In this document: positions 13,290-26,283 of the stretch, piece by piece
Numbering within the stretch: position 1 is the stretch's first letter
How the letters are laid out: the number at the start of each line of letters is the position of its first letter
Assembly: GCF_001194135.2 (NCBI RefSeq)
Contig: NC_068982.1
Location: 138,202,910-138,257,736 of the forward strand
DNA length: 54,827 bases
DNA from: Octopus bimaculoides
Taxonomy: Eukaryota
Reading direction: 5' to 3'
The notes under the pieces: model-generated
Database searches by the model: none
What the model saw: only the letters and a program-made list of their open reading frames with translations
What the model was told of the DNA's origin: nothing
Position numbers and translations under genes: made by a program

Positions 13290-13750
13290 TCATCCTTATG
13301 TTAGACATAGTTAGGGTATGAGGAAAGAGATTGGGGTAGAGCAGGTTTGTGTTGTAGAGGAGCTACATGGGTGCTCACATGTAGAAGAGTGAGAATGAAA
13401 TATTAGCATCTCCAAAGAGATAATGGTAATGAGGTGTCCAGGTGGCACTCCAGGGTCCAAGTTGAGGGTGAGGAAGAGATAGGAAAAATGGGAGAGTTAA
13501 GGCAGGCAACATCTATAGGCACATGAGTTGGGGAGGCTAGAAGGATGCTAGCTGCAGGATAGTAATGATGATACAATTGGCTGGGGGACGGGAGAGATGA
13601 TATATTTGGGTAGGTTGCAGGAGTGGGTACAGAGAGAGAGAAATAGGCGTAGTGTATGAGGAAATAATTTCGTGGTCTTAGGAGGGGGATGGGCTGGCCA
13701 GTATAATATGTAGGTGTAGAGAGCAATATTAATGGATGAAGAATGGTCAA
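13290..13750 (-). mobile_element. Highly degenerate LINE reverse-transcriptase fragment
   Basis: Purine-rich tract. One minus frame reads LFLSLCTHSCNLPKYIISPVPQP....*HPSSL...PGVPPGHL, a weak echo of IIPIPKP..SYRPISL..QHGFRPG. Confidence 0.3.
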
Positions 13751-13959
13751 GAAATAAAATGGTTGGTGAAAAGAAGGACGTCTAACTGTACAATGCCAAA
13801 ATTGAAACATACAAGTGAATTGTGGTCTTCCAACCTGTCTTGGAGGGCAGCAACTTAAAAAAACAAAAAAAAAGACTTGGACTATAACAACCTGCTCAAC
13901 CCATGCCCCTATGGAAAGCAGACATATAATGACGATGTAGGGCATATCCTCAAGGCTTA

Positions 13960-14270
13960 ATGGCTAGGGTTTTTGGCTCGCAATTGTAAGGTTGTGAGTT
14001 CAGTTCCCGGCGTTATGTTGTTGTTTCCTTGATCAAGGCACTTTATTTCTTGCTGTGCCAGTTTGTCTTTACTGGCAAAAGTGAGTTGTACCTGTAATTC
14101 AAAGGGCCAGCCTTGTCACATTCTATATTACGCTGAATCTCCCCGAGGACTACATTAAGAATACATGTGTCTGTGGAGTGCTTGGCCACATGAACATGGA
14201 TTTCATGAGCAGGCTTTTCCATTGACTGAATCCACTGGAATGCTTGTTATCTTAACTGATGGAGTGCTAG
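13960..14270 (+). mobile_element. Family-D SINE (other copies 2495-2660 minus, 37609-37789, 39975-40110)
   Basis: tRNA-like head (gtgagttcagttcccgg) and a shared body tgtacctgtatttcaaagggccagccttgtcac...tgtggagtgctcagccacttgcac..ttcacgagcaggctgttc. Confidence 0.75.
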
Positions 14271-15653
14271 GCCATCTTCATTTACCATAGGTATTTGGTT
14301 AAAAAAAAAAAAAACCTGTAAAAAACACTTAAATAAATCAGTGATAAATGAATAATAGATTATTCAGGAGAAATAGGTTTCGTTCTGAGACCCCAAGTTG
14401 TCCTGAGCATCATGGATGGTTACTAGGGGTGCACTTTTGCAGTACAAGCAGAATCTTTGAGTGATCACTGACCCATGTTATCACCAATCTGTTCATCATA
14501 CGCATAACATGGCTTACAATTAGCATACTGTGTTTTTTTCTGAATCACTGCTAAGCAAGACGAGACAGACTTTAAAGCACTTATTTAGTTATTCAACAAC
14601 TATACAGCAACATAACTGCTACATAATTTCTTATAAGCTTTCATTATTTGTCCTCAAGTGACATATATTAATGTAAGTCTTGATTTGAGAAGTGTGAGGT
14701 TCTGTACTAACTGGAAATTTTGTTTATAACTTCAAAAGTACATTAAGTGGAGCATATGAAGACAAATTCAAATATTTTCTGTTTCCCCAACAAAGGAAAA
14801 TCCATTCTGTATTATTGCTGTGTCTGGTTTCATTGTTGCCATTTGTGTCATTATACTATGTACTTCTTTGAGTTAACTTATCAGCAGTCAAAGTAATTAA
14901 CATATGTTAATGCTAAGAATGTGTATTAGAAAATCCAAAAATACATGATTGAGTCAATTATGATGATGATAATATCTACTTAAGGCACAAGGCCTGAAAT
15001 TTGTGGGAGGGGTTAGTTGATTACATCAACCCCAGTGTTTTACTGGTACTTAATTTATTAACTATGAAAGGTGAAGTTGACCATGGCAAAATTTGAACTC
15101 AGAACATAGTGATGGACGAAATACCACTAAGCATTTCATTCAGCATACTAACAATTCTGCCAGCTCACCACCTTAATAATAATAATGCCCTGATGCAGTA
15201 CCAGGCAGTGAATCTCGTGGCTTCTGATCTTAACTGATTGAAAGTGTTATCATGTACATTGTTTTGTCTTGGTTTAAAAGATGGGCTACAGCAAATATTC
15301 TGCTCACTACCACAGATTTGTTTGTCATTTGTTTGACCATAACCAGTTGAGCATGTCCCTTGGTGGCTGACGATATGTGCATCTCTGATCATGAGCAGAA
15401 GTAGTGGGGGAGCATCATAGCCATGTGTTGAGAGGAATTCTTTGGGGTTTGAATAATTCACTTTGGAAACATGAGTGTTTTGCTGAACATCCTTAAACAA
15501 ACCTTACTCAGGGACCTTTTGAGCGGAATGGGCTACTCAACCTGAAGAAAATTCTAACTGGGCCCCCACCTGTTTATCTTGATATGAGATCACCATGTTG
15601 TGTACATATGGTTGTGATGTATGTGCCTGGTGTACCCTTATCAGACGGATAGT

Positions 15654-15725
15654 CATGATGGGTATAATGGGCTACTAGTTATACATACACATGATGGGTA
15701 TAATGGGCTACTAGTTATACATACA
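15654..15725. repeat. Perfect 36-bp tandem duplication
   Basis: catgatgggtataatgggctactagttatacataca x2. Confidence 0.9.
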
Positions 15726-16094
15726 CAAAGGCTTCAGTACAGTTTCCGTCTACCAAAGTCCACTTGCGTGATATTGGTCAAATTGAGACAATAGTCGTAG
15801 ACACTTGCTCAAGATGGCTTTGCAGTGAGATAGAACCCAGAACCACAGAATTGCAAAGTGAGCGTCTTTGACCAGATAGCCATGCCAGGGGTTAAACAAC
15901 AATAATAATAGCCTAAGATATTTCAGAGCAGTTACAATAAACTACATCTGCTTGTAGAAATATTTGGAGCCCCTGTTAGAAATAAGTTAAATCTCCCTCA
16001 AAAAGCACCTTCACCATATTTAACAAAAAAAAAAAAAAGCGGGAAGGATATATTGGATCACGTAGTCCTAGATACACTCTCTTTTACACGCTGT

Positions 16095-16446
16095 AGTCAT
16101 TTGACTGCGGCCATGCTGGAGCACAGCCTTTAGTCGAACAAATCGCCCCCGGGCTTATTTTTTGTAAGCCTAGTACTTTTCTATCGGTCTCTTTTGCCGA
16201 ACCGCTAAGTTTCGGGGACGTAAACACACCAACATCGGTTCTCAAGCGGTAGCGGGGAAACACTCACACACACACATATATACTCGGCGGGTTTCTTTCA
16301 GTTTCCGTCTACCAAATCCACTTACAAGGCTTTGGTCGACTCGTGGCTATAGTAGAAGGCACTTTCCCAAGGTGCCAGACAGTGGGACTGAATCTGGAAC
16401 CATGTGGTTGGGAAGAAAGCTTCTTACCACACAGCTACGCCTGCAC
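16095..16446 (-). mobile_element. Family-C tRNA-derived SINE, near full length
   Basis: Head gcaggcgtagctgtgtggtaagaagc..ggttccagattcagtccc (A/B-box-like), core caccttgggaaagtgccttctactatag, tail ...ccagcatggccgcagtcaaatgact. Confidence 0.85.
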
Positions 16447-17910
16447 TGTATGGGGGGAAAAAAGCGGAGTAGATTATGTCTAAAGTAAGTTTAATGAACG
16501 AGTCAACTCGTTCAGTGCTGGCCTTGGGTTAAACACCAACAGCAATAACTTAATCAGCTGTGGCGACAATGTCAAGAACCACTTCATATAACGTGTTAAT
16601 TTAGAGTTACGTCCCTTGGAGAAATCTCTTATTTCTCATACAAAAACAATCTTTTATCAACCTTCTGTATTTTTCGTTTTCATATTTTATTACTGTGAAT
16701 GTTGACACATTTAACTATCCAACCGTTTTAATATATTCATTTTTCTGCTTGTCACTATTGTGTTTTCCTATATAGCAATCCCCCTCTCTCTTTTACACAT
16801 ACAACATACCTCTTTACAAACTAGTCTACAAAAGTTGGCTTCAATACGGCCAACTGTATTGCTCAGTCTGTTTAAACTTACTGTACACCGTATTGTCTTT
16901 AATAAAAAAAAGAAAAGAAAAAAAAAGACACGTTGGATAATGTAGGTCTTAAATAACAGCGTGTTTAAGGCAAGATGGCTCGGGCTGGAACGCCTCTGAT
17001 CATTAAGTCGTGATGAAATCAACTTCACCTCTCATCTTTCTAGAGTCGATAAAATAAAAGTACCTGTCAGACGATTGCCGTCTACCAAATCCATTCACAA
17101 GGCTTTTGGTCGACTCGTGGCTATAGTAGAAGGCACTTGCCCAAGGTGCCATGCAGTGGGACTGAATGAGGAACCATGTGGTTGGGAAGCCAGCTTCTTT
17201 ATTTCATCGAATTAGCCATATAGACTGTACATAGAATTGCCAGAAGCAAAGCGGGCTGGACATGAAGGATAAGGTATGGATGATATAAATGAGAGAGGTA
17301 TTCGGCGCACGCCGACAGAAAACCCCTCGAAATCAATGTGCAAACAGTTCAATAAAAAACATGAAAAATACATGAAAAAAGACCCCAATCATTTGGGTCC
17401 CCAGGCAAGTTGACCCGCTGCCTGCAGACAACTCTGCAGCGACAAGTCAGGACCCGCAAAAAGGAATGCGAACTCTTTTTTGTCTAGGGTCTCCATGACC
17501 CTTGACAACACTGAATACTGTACTACCTCTGCAGTCACCTGCAGAGGCCACAATGGACTGACTGTGCACTCCGCGAACATAATTTCTCGGTCGCACTGGT
17601 CATCCAACACTTTTCTTACGGACCCTTTCTTGTGATAAAGGAGAACAAACTCCTCCTCCTCACAGCCATGCCTGCACTGTATTGCCGGACAATTTTCTGT
17701 TTGAGTCTAACCATTTTAAGTTGTAGTGGAAACACAACGTATGTTGCAAATAAGCATATGAATATTGTATAAATTTTATAATCTAAAAGTTTACTATATT
17801 TTGTACATATAAGAATACCAGCCTGCGGGTGCAATAAAATGGGCTCATGGGCAGGGGGTTTCCCCACCCCTGCTATACAGTGTTTTTCTGATAGTTTTGT
17901 GGTTTATTTA

Positions 17911-18555
17911 AGGTGGCGAGCTGGCAGAAATGTTAGCACGCCAGGTGAATTGCTTAGTGGTATTTTGTCTGTCTTTACGTTCTGAGTTCAAATTCCGCCA
18001 AGGTTGACTTTGCCTTTCGTCCTTCCAGTGCCGCTAAATTAAGTACCAGTTGCATACTGGGGTAGATCTAATTGACTGGCCCCCCTCCCCCAAAATTTCA
18101 GGCCTTGTGCCTAGAGTAGAAAAGAATATTTTACACTATGAAGGCGGCGAGCTAGCAGAAACGTTAGCACGCTGGGCGAAATGCTTAGCGGTATTTCGTC
18201 TGCCGCTACGTTCTGAGTTCAAATTCCGCCGAGGTCGACTTAGCCTTTCATCCTTTTGGGGTCGATTAAATAAGTACCAGTTACGCTCTGGGGTCGATCT
18301 AATCGACTTAATTTGTTTGTCCCCTCTATGTTTAGCCCTTTGTGGGCAGTAAAGAAATAAGAAACGTTAGCACACCAGACGAAATGCTTAGAGGTATTTC
18401 GTCTGTCTTTATGTTCTGAGTTCAAATTCCACAAAGGTCAACTTTGCCTTTCATCCATTCAGGGTCGATAAAGTACCATTTGCTTACTGGGATTGACCTA
18501 CTTGACTGGACTCCCTCTCCCAAAATTTCGGGCATTTTGCCTAGAGTAGGAAAGG
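17911..18555 (+). mobile_element. Three head-to-tail family-B SINE copies
   Basis: Repeated head ggcgagctggcagaa..ttagcac and core gttcaaattccgccgaggtcgactttgcctttcatcct. Confidence 0.85.
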
Positions 18556-18589
18556 ATATATGATTTATTTATTTATTTCCTTCTTTAGT

Positions 18590-19420
18590 GATTTGATGAT
18601 GAATTTTATTTTGGTTGTGCATAAAGTTGTTGTAATTATATCAGAGGGTGTTTTTGGTATTTTATAAGGTTAGTTGTTTCTGCTGTGTATTTGGGGTTGT
18701 ATCTATTCTTATGTTTCTCGTGAGATGCATCTTTTGATTGCATCTATAAATATTGCATTAATCATATGAGCTATAACTGCCACTAATGTAATGGCGTTGA
18801 TGAATACTGAGAATCTTGTTTCTGTTTTCTTGACAAAAAATTCTATTCCATCATACTTTACGAACGATGTAAAAATGCATTTGCTTTCTTCATGGATGTA
18901 CAGGTGATAACAGGTGAAGAGTCTAAGGACAGTCAAGGGATGGTTTACCAGATGGTTGTGGTAACTGGGTTTGTAGAGGAGAGTATGTTGTCTGAGGAAG
19001 AGTTGCTGTAGCTGGGTTTGGTGAAGTGTCTAAGTCTTATGCAGTGGCGAACTGGCCAGGTTGCCAGCTTGCCTGATGGCAAGTGGGCTCCTGTGCCATC
19101 AGAATCCACATATGGGGGCCCATGTTAGCATCCCCTCAAGTTTGAGAATTTTTTATTCACTCCTGGAAGAATGCATTAATTATTTCAGCCTGGCTGTGTT
19201 TGTAGACAGTTAAAAAGAATACCTTTAACAACAACAAAAAAATAATAAATAAACGAAAGCATTGTAGTTTCGGGTGGGCCCCCTTAGTCTCCTGGCAACC
19301 AATATTTTTAGACCCAGCCTGCTACTGGTCTTATGTTTTAGTGTGGACTGTTTAAGATGTAAAGGAAGTTTTGCTGTAATGGTTTTATATTACCTCTTTT
19401 GTTATCTGTACTATTTGGGG
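18590..19420 (-). mobile_element. Degenerate APE-type LINE (endonuclease end plus linker), interrupted by a hAT MITE
   Basis: SSSDNILSSTNPVTTTIW*TIP*LSLDSSPVI resembles the decayed S.PDL...W.....SDH.PI motif, followed by ..DAIKRCISR...YNPKYTAETTNLIK. Confidence 0.45.
19042..19327. mobile_element. hAT-type MITE, copy 2
   Basis: Perfect 8-bp TSD gtcttatg (19034-19041 / 19328-19335). TIR cagtggcgaactgg / ccagcctgctactg. Confidence 0.88.
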
Positions 19421-19662
19421 CCAGTGCCACATAAAAGGCACTCATACCAGTGCCCTATACTAAACACATGTGCCAGTGCCACATGAAAAACACCCAGCAC
19501 ACTCTGTAAAGTGGTTGGTGTCAGGAAGGGCATTCAGCCATAGAAACCAAGCCAAATCTGACTGAAGCCTGGTGCAGCATTCCTGCTTGCCAGCTCTGGT
19601 CGAACTGTCCAACCCATGCCAGCATGGAAAATGAATGTTAAATGATGATGATGATGATGATG
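19420..19662 (+). mobile_element. RTE-type tail copy (diverged)
   Basis: gtggttggtgtcaggaagggcatt...ccaacccatgccagcatgg..gttaaat(gat)n. Confidence 0.75.
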
Positions 19663-21044
19663 TAACATTAACAGCAACAACAGTAATAATTCAAAGAAGA
19701 ACAAATTTGGTGACAAGGCATTTCATTGGAAAGTAAATCCTAACAGAATATTGGTTTCAAATTTTGGCACAAGGCCAGCAATTTCGAGAATGGTGGGTTA
19801 GTGAATTACATCGACCCCAGTATGCAACTGGTACTTATTTTATCAACCCCAAAAGGATGAAAGGTAAAGTCAACCTCGGTGATTTGAACTCGGAACGTAA
19901 AGAAATAAATACTAATAAGCAGTTTGCCCGGTGTGCTAGCGATTCTGCCAGCTCACCCACCTTATATTCTTTTACTATTTCATTTGTTTCGGTCATTTGA
20001 TTGCGGCCATGCTAGATCACCGCCTTTAGTTGAACAAATGGACTTATTCTTTGCAAGCCTAGTACTTATTCTATTGGTTACTTTTGCCAAACCACTGCGA
20101 AACGCCTGTGTTAGAATGGGAGCAGCTGATGAATGAAAATGTTCTCTATGTGGCCTGTGTGTTTTCTGTACTCTTGGTTATTATTATTTTTTTGTCTGCG
20201 TTTTGTTTGCAACGTCCTGTACCCAGATATGCACCTATATATACAGGTAGATGTAGGTATGCACATACTTGTACGTATATATGCATATACTTATTTATTA
20301 TTTGTTTTATATATATNNNNNNNNNNNNNNNNNNNNNNNNNNNNNNNNNNNNNNNNNNNNNNNNNNNNNNNNNNNNNNNNNNNNNNNNNNNNNNNNNNNN
20401 NNNNNNNNNNNNNNNNNNNNNNNNNNNNNNNNNNNNNNNNNNNNNNNNNNNNNNNNNNNNNNNNNNNNNNNNNNNNNNNNNNNNNNNNNNNNNNNNNNNN
20501 NNNNNNNNNNNNNNNATGAGATTTTGCTTTCACATAGCAATACTAATAACCAGTTATTAGAACTGAATATACATATTCTATGGAATAGATTAGAATAGGT
20601 GCATAGTGAGCATGATATAAATTAATTGAATTGCCATTTAAATGCATTCTGAAATAAACATACACTTCGTTTTAATGGCTCTGTGGAAGCTACAAGATGT
20701 TGCACGAGCACTTAGTTCTGAGTGCATTGCTTCTCATAGCAGAAACAGCAGAAAGCTAATGAAGGCGATTGCGTAATTATTGTTTCCCTGTCATTCAGTA
20801 ATACACACAGACACACATAAGTCTGGTTTCTATCTACTGAATTCCGCTCACTCAAAAGAGTGGAACAACACAAGTTTGTGGGAGCAAACACTTGCCCTAG
20901 GTGTCGCACATCGGCATCGAACTTGGAACCATCTGGTTGCAAAACGGACTTCTTAACCGCTGAATTGAGTCGTACCTTTTTAAAGAATTTCAAACTGAAC
21001 ATTGTCAGCTTCGACCTAAGTAATGTAAAACAAATCCTGAGAAG

Positions 21045-21473
21045 CGACGTCCACAGTTTAGATCTAGTTTTAAAGAAAAGTTAAAAACAAAAATATATGG
21101 AATAGACTACAAAGGATTAGTGACAAAACAAACAAAAAGACCACGTGGTACAATACCGACAAGTTCCAGGGAGTAATGTTTGTGGACGCCATGCCACACG
21201 GAGAACTGGCCCGCAGATTTCGAAAAATCCTCAAAAGTACCAAGTTGAGGATAAATGTTATAGAAAAACCAGGGAGATCAATTAGATCAATAATATGTAA
21301 AACATATCCCTTCAGAAGAACAAGGTGTGTTGAGGAGAGTTGCATTGTGTGCAAAAATAGTCCTGGTGCCAACTGCAAAGCCAGAAATGTAGTCTACAAA
21401 ATAAGCTGTATGGATGGTGAGTGTAAAAACAGAAACACGACATACATAGGTGAAACGGCAAGAAGTTTGGCTG
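21045..21473 (+). mobile_element. Penelope-like element fragment (RT C-terminal linker plus GIY-YIG endonuclease start)
   Basis: TWYNTDKFQGVMFVDAMPHGELARRFRKILK...VIEKPGRSIRSII...C..C....NCKARNVVYKISC..C....YIGETARSL. Shows the CCHH-type Zn linker and VY.I.C/YIGET GIY-YIG motifs of PLEs. Truncated by an N gap. Confidence 0.88.
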
Positions 21474-22241
21474 NNNNNNNNNNNNNNNNNNNNNNNNNNN
21501 NNNNNNNNNNNNNNNNNNNNNNNNNNNNNNNNNNNNNNNNNNNNNNNNNNNNNNNNNNNNNNNNNNNNNNNNNNNNNNNNNNNNNNNNNNNNNNNNNNNN
21601 NNNNNNNNNNNNNNNNNNNNNNNNNNNNNNNNNNNNNNNNNNNNNNNNNNNNNNNNNNNNNNNNNNNNNNNNNNNNNNNNNNNNNNNNNNNNNNNNNNNN
21701 NNNNNNNNNNNNNNNNNNNNNNNNNNNNNNNNNNNNNNNNNNNNNNNNNNNNNNNNNNNNNNNNNNNNNNNNNNNNNNNNNNNNNNNNNNNNNNNNNNNN
21801 NNNNNNNNNNNNNNNNNNNNNNNNNNNNNNNNNNNNNNNNNNNNNNNNNNNNNNNNNNNNNNNNNNNNNNNNNNNNNNNNNNNNNNNNNNNNNNNNNNNN
21901 NNNNNNNNNNNNNNNNNNNNNNNNNNNNNNNNNNNNNNNNNNNNNNNNNNNNNNNNNNNNNNNNNNNNNNNNNNNNNNNNNNNNNNNNNNNNNNNNNNNN
22001 NNNNNNNNNNNNNNNNNNNNNNNNNNNNNNNNNNNNNNNNNNNNNNNNNNNNNNNNNNNNNNNNNNNNNNNNNNNNNNNNNNNNNNTACAAACACACATA
22101 TGGACAAGCACGAACACATAAGTGCGTGCACACATATGAGCGTGCACACATACGAGCTTGCACACACTCACATGCTCATACCAAACAGTTTCGAAACAAC
22201 GCCAGATCATACATTCAAAATAAATGGAAGTGGAGAGACAA

Positions 22242-22282
22242 GTTACTGAAGAGATTGCAAGAGTGCAATGAAATAATTTAAC
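22242..22282 (+). ncRNA. Minimal type-I hammerhead-ribozyme-like motif, probable 3' pseudo-LTR of the Penelope-like element
   Basis: GTTA-CTGAAGA-G-ATTGCA(agag)TGCAAT-GAA-A(taa)T-T-TAAC: 4-bp stem I, intact CUGANGA and GAA core, 6-bp stem II, AUU cleavage triplet. Confidence 0.6.
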
Positions 22283-24621
22283 AAAAAACTATATAAATTA
22301 ATAAAGGACTGAACCAGTGCGTGTGTTTATTACCGGCATAATGCCTCTCCCAAGGTTTAATTGTATTTCTTTCAACACACGTATCCACATCAAGAATCTT
22401 GCACACGAAATACACATACGAAAAAAAATATATTACATTCATTATAATTTATTCGTTTCGGTGAATTTGTAACGAACATTGTAATTTAAAAATAATAGTA
22501 AGATACTTTCCTAGTTAAATACTTCATGATTTGACGTTATTTATTATTTTTAATTTTAAACATTAAATTAAGTTTAGCAATAAGTAAACTAACACTTGAA
22601 TTCTTCTCCCTTTTCTTTTTGTCGTATTTTTATTTTCATATAATATTTTAGTGAACTTGTAACTATAAAATATTCCAATTTCGTTTTCACCACATTCCAC
22701 AATTTTTATATAACAATGGCTGCTGGATAATGACGTTTGTTGATATCGGCTTGTTGATGCAAATACATGACTGGTACGTTCTGGTATTTTGTTTCTTGTT
22801 TGTTATGACTTTAACCACTACTATAACCTAGTATTATAATAATCATAATTATCATTCTTTCAAATATTTCTTTTTGATTCTTAATTTCGTCTTTGCACAA
22901 CATAATCCTTTTCCTTTATAGGTATTATTATTAGTAGTATTATATCTCATATTTGTGTATCTCGTCGTTGGACAATAACAACAAACAGTAAATAGTTAAT
23001 CCAACTTCTCCTCCAGGTTCTTAGATTCTTTAAACTGCTGGCCATTCTTCGACTACCTCGTCTCTCAACACCACCATTTATATATCTTATATTTATGCTT
23101 CATAAACAACTTCCAGTTCACGCATATTTGTAGATAAATTATCTCCCAGGGATTTCCCCCCATGATAATAATATCTCCTGAATTTCAACCGATTTGTCCT
23201 GTTTTTCGTGGAATTCTGTTTTTTAACCTTTTTGTATATTTTGTAGTACATTGTTCAATATCTTTAAAAACACTCAAAGGAGATGTAGCTGCTGTTTTTA
23301 GCAACTCGCACGACCACGATGCGACTCCTCAGTGTCTACTGCTTAGCCAAGTTAGAATTGAAAAACGAATGCAGTGACTTTATTTTGTCATGTAATTATA
23401 TTTTAAGTCGAACGATTTTGTTATCGTTTATCGATTTATTCATTCATTCATTCAGAGACAAGAGCGTCACTGCAATTATTTTTCGCACCTCCACCGAATA
23501 TTAATTAGCTTGGCATTCCTTATTTGTGAGAAATATTAAGGAGTTGAGCGTTTGCCAAGAATTTCAGGTTTAAAGAGTGGCATTTATAAAGAAATACAGT
23601 TTGTTCCTGGAGAGTGGAGCGAACGAAACTGCCTTCCAAACCGCACCCGTTAGAACGGATGAAAAATATCCCCCCCTCACATATACACAGATGCAAAGAT
23701 ACACACGCGGTATATATATAGAATTACATTCATGTCTGCAGATCTATTATAATTATAGGCGCAGGCGCTGCTGTGTGTTTCCCAACCATATAGTCTCGGG
23801 TTCAGTCCCACTGCGTGGCACACTGGGCAAGTGTCTTCTATAGTCCAGGATCAATCAAAGCCTTGTTAGTGGATTTGGTAGACGGAAACTGAAAGAAACC
23901 TGTTGTACCTTGTAAAAGCAACTAGTCCACTCTGTTAAGTGGTTGGCGTTAGGAAGAGCATCCAGCCTTAGAAACCATTGCAAAAAACACAGTGGAGTTT
24001 ACCAGCTCCTTTCAAACTATCCGGTCCATGCCAGCAGGGAAGACAGATGTTAAATGATGATATATGTGTGTGTTTGTGTGTGTGCCTTTGTCTTGGCATC
24101 ACATGATGCTTGTAAACTAGAATCACTGTCAAACAAGCTGTTATTCATTTCCAGTTTTCAGTAGAAAAAAAACCAAAAAAACATTTGGTTATATGAAATA
24201 TTATGTTGCTTGGAAACAGGTGAGTGTTGACAACCAAAGGTCATGTGACCACCGGAAATCTGCCGCAACAAATGCTGCCTGACCCATGCAAGCACAGAAA
24301 GGTCAAGATGGGGAGGAGGATTGAGTAGACAGCTGGATTGGTAAATCACCCAACATGTTATCTTGTGGTGTTTAGTCAAATCCCATCGTGTTCTGGTTCA
24401 AATCTTTCTCTTGTAGATTTTTGCCTCTCATCCTTCCTGGGTTAATAAAAGTATTATTCAAGTAGCGAGGATGGGAACAATTTTGTTTTTCTGCCCTTTG
24501 AGTTCTGTAACATAATGTTATAATACTGAGCTGATGCAGTTCAATACACACTCCTCCATTTCCTTCAAATGTGTGGCCTTGCACCAGAAAATACTGTTAT
24601 TATTATTATTATTATTACTAA

Positions 24622-25600
24622 GGCTGTTAGCTGGAAAACTCCTTAGCACGCTGGACGAAATGCTTAGTGGTATTTTACCCGTTGCTACATTCTGAGTTCA
24701 AATTCTGCCGAGGTCAACTTTGCCTTTCAGTACCAGTTGAACATTGGGGTTGATGTAATCGACTCATCACCACTTCCTCCAAACTGCTCTTGTGGCAAAA
24801 ATTTGAAATTATAATAATAATTATTATTATTATTATTATTAAGGTGGCAAGCTGGCAGAATCATTTGCATGCTGGGTAAAATGCTTGGCAGCAATTTGTC
24901 TGTCTGCACAATCTGAGTTCTAATTCTGCCGAGGTCAACTTTGCCTTTCATCTTTTTAGGATCAGTAAATTACCAGTGAAGCACTGGGATCGATGTAATC
25001 AACTTAACCCCTCCCTCAATATTTCAGGCCTTGTGCCTATAGTAGAAAGGATTATTATTATTATTAATATGTGACTGGCAAAATCATTAGGGTGTCAGAC
25101 AAAATACGTTGTAGCATTTGGTATAGTTTGTGTTCTGAGTTCAAAACCTAGTGAGGATAGCTTTGCTTTTCATCCCCTCCAGGATCAATAAAATAAAGTA
25201 CCAGTCAAGTACTGGTGTTGATATCAACTACCCACATTTCCCCAACATTTCAGTTGTTATGTCTGTATTAGAAAGAAGTGTTAAACACAATGCCTTTAGT
25301 TCTAGCCCTACATTCCGAGTTCAAATCCCATTGAGCTCAACTTTATCTTTCATCTCTCTGGGGTAAAAAAAAAAATAGTACTAGTGAAGCACTAGAGTTG
25401 ATATAATTGACTTCCATTTAAACATTGCTGGCATTTTGCCTAAATTAGAAACAATATTGATTTTCTTATAAAGACATGAAAGCTGGCAGAATTGTCAGAG
25501 CTTGAGAAAGAAATGTTTTGTACCTTTTCTTCCAGCTCTTCACATTCTAGGGTCAAATCCTGTCAGCCTACTTTGCCTTTCATATTTTCAGGATTGATAA
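24622..25600 (+). mobile_element. Array of about five diverged family-B SINE copies
   Basis: Repeated ttctgagttcaaat..aactttgcctttcatc..agtaccagt..ggccttgtgcc units separated by (ATT)n. Confidence 0.75.
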
Positions 25601-25607
25601 GGCCGAT

Positions 25608-25950
25608 GACAGTACTGCCTGACTGGACCCCGTGCTGGTGACATGTAAAAAGCACCATTCGAGCGTGGTCGATGCTAGTGCTGCCTGACTGGACCCCTGT
25701 GCCGGTGGCATGTAAAAAGCACCATTCGAGCATGGTTGATGCCAGCGCTAGCTGACTGGCCCTTGTGCTGGTGGCACATAAAAAGCACCCATTACACTAT
25801 CGGAGTGGTTGGTGTTAGGAAGTGCATCCAGCTGTAGAAACCTTGCCAGATCAGATTGGAGCCTGGTGTAGCCATCTGGTTCACCACTCCTCAGTCAAAC
25901 CATCCAGCCCATGCCAGCATGGAAAGCGGACGTTAAACGACGGCGATGAT
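25608..25950 (+). mobile_element. RTE LINE 3'UTR copy with three ~60-bp units
   Basis: Units of type ctgcctgactggacccc-gtgctggtggcatgtaaaaagcaccattcgagc repeated, followed by the tail. Confidence 0.85.
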
Positions 25951-26109
25951 AATAAAGAACTGGTCAAATATTGGAGTTGATAGTATCGACTAACCCCTTG
26001 CACTTAAAATTGCTGGCCTTGTGCCTAAATTAGACATCATCATTATTATTACCACATGAAGCTTGGTATGAGATAATGTGTTCTTTAAATATTTTCTTTT
26101 ATACTTTTT

Positions 26110-26251
26110 TTTGTTTGTCATTTGACTGTAGCCATGCTGGAACACGGCCTTTTAGTAAAAAAAATCGATCCCAGGACTTATTCTTTGCAACCCTGTCGCT
26201 TATTCTATCGGTGTCAAATGATGGTTGGGGGACAAACACAGACACAGAAAT

Positions 26252-26283
<32 letters not shown>

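Noticed and set aside
13403-13945. 180-aa minus-strand ORF
   Set aside because: Low-complexity P/S/L/H/Y translation of a purine-rich tract. Another frame weakly resembles decayed LINE RT, so it is not called a gene.
21394-22210. Long ORFs of 220-360 aa in the supplied track (also 4788-5166, 20084-20598, 32796-33461, 43776-44183)
   Set aside because: They consist mostly of N runs or dinucleotide microsatellites. Only 21176-21473 is real (PLE).
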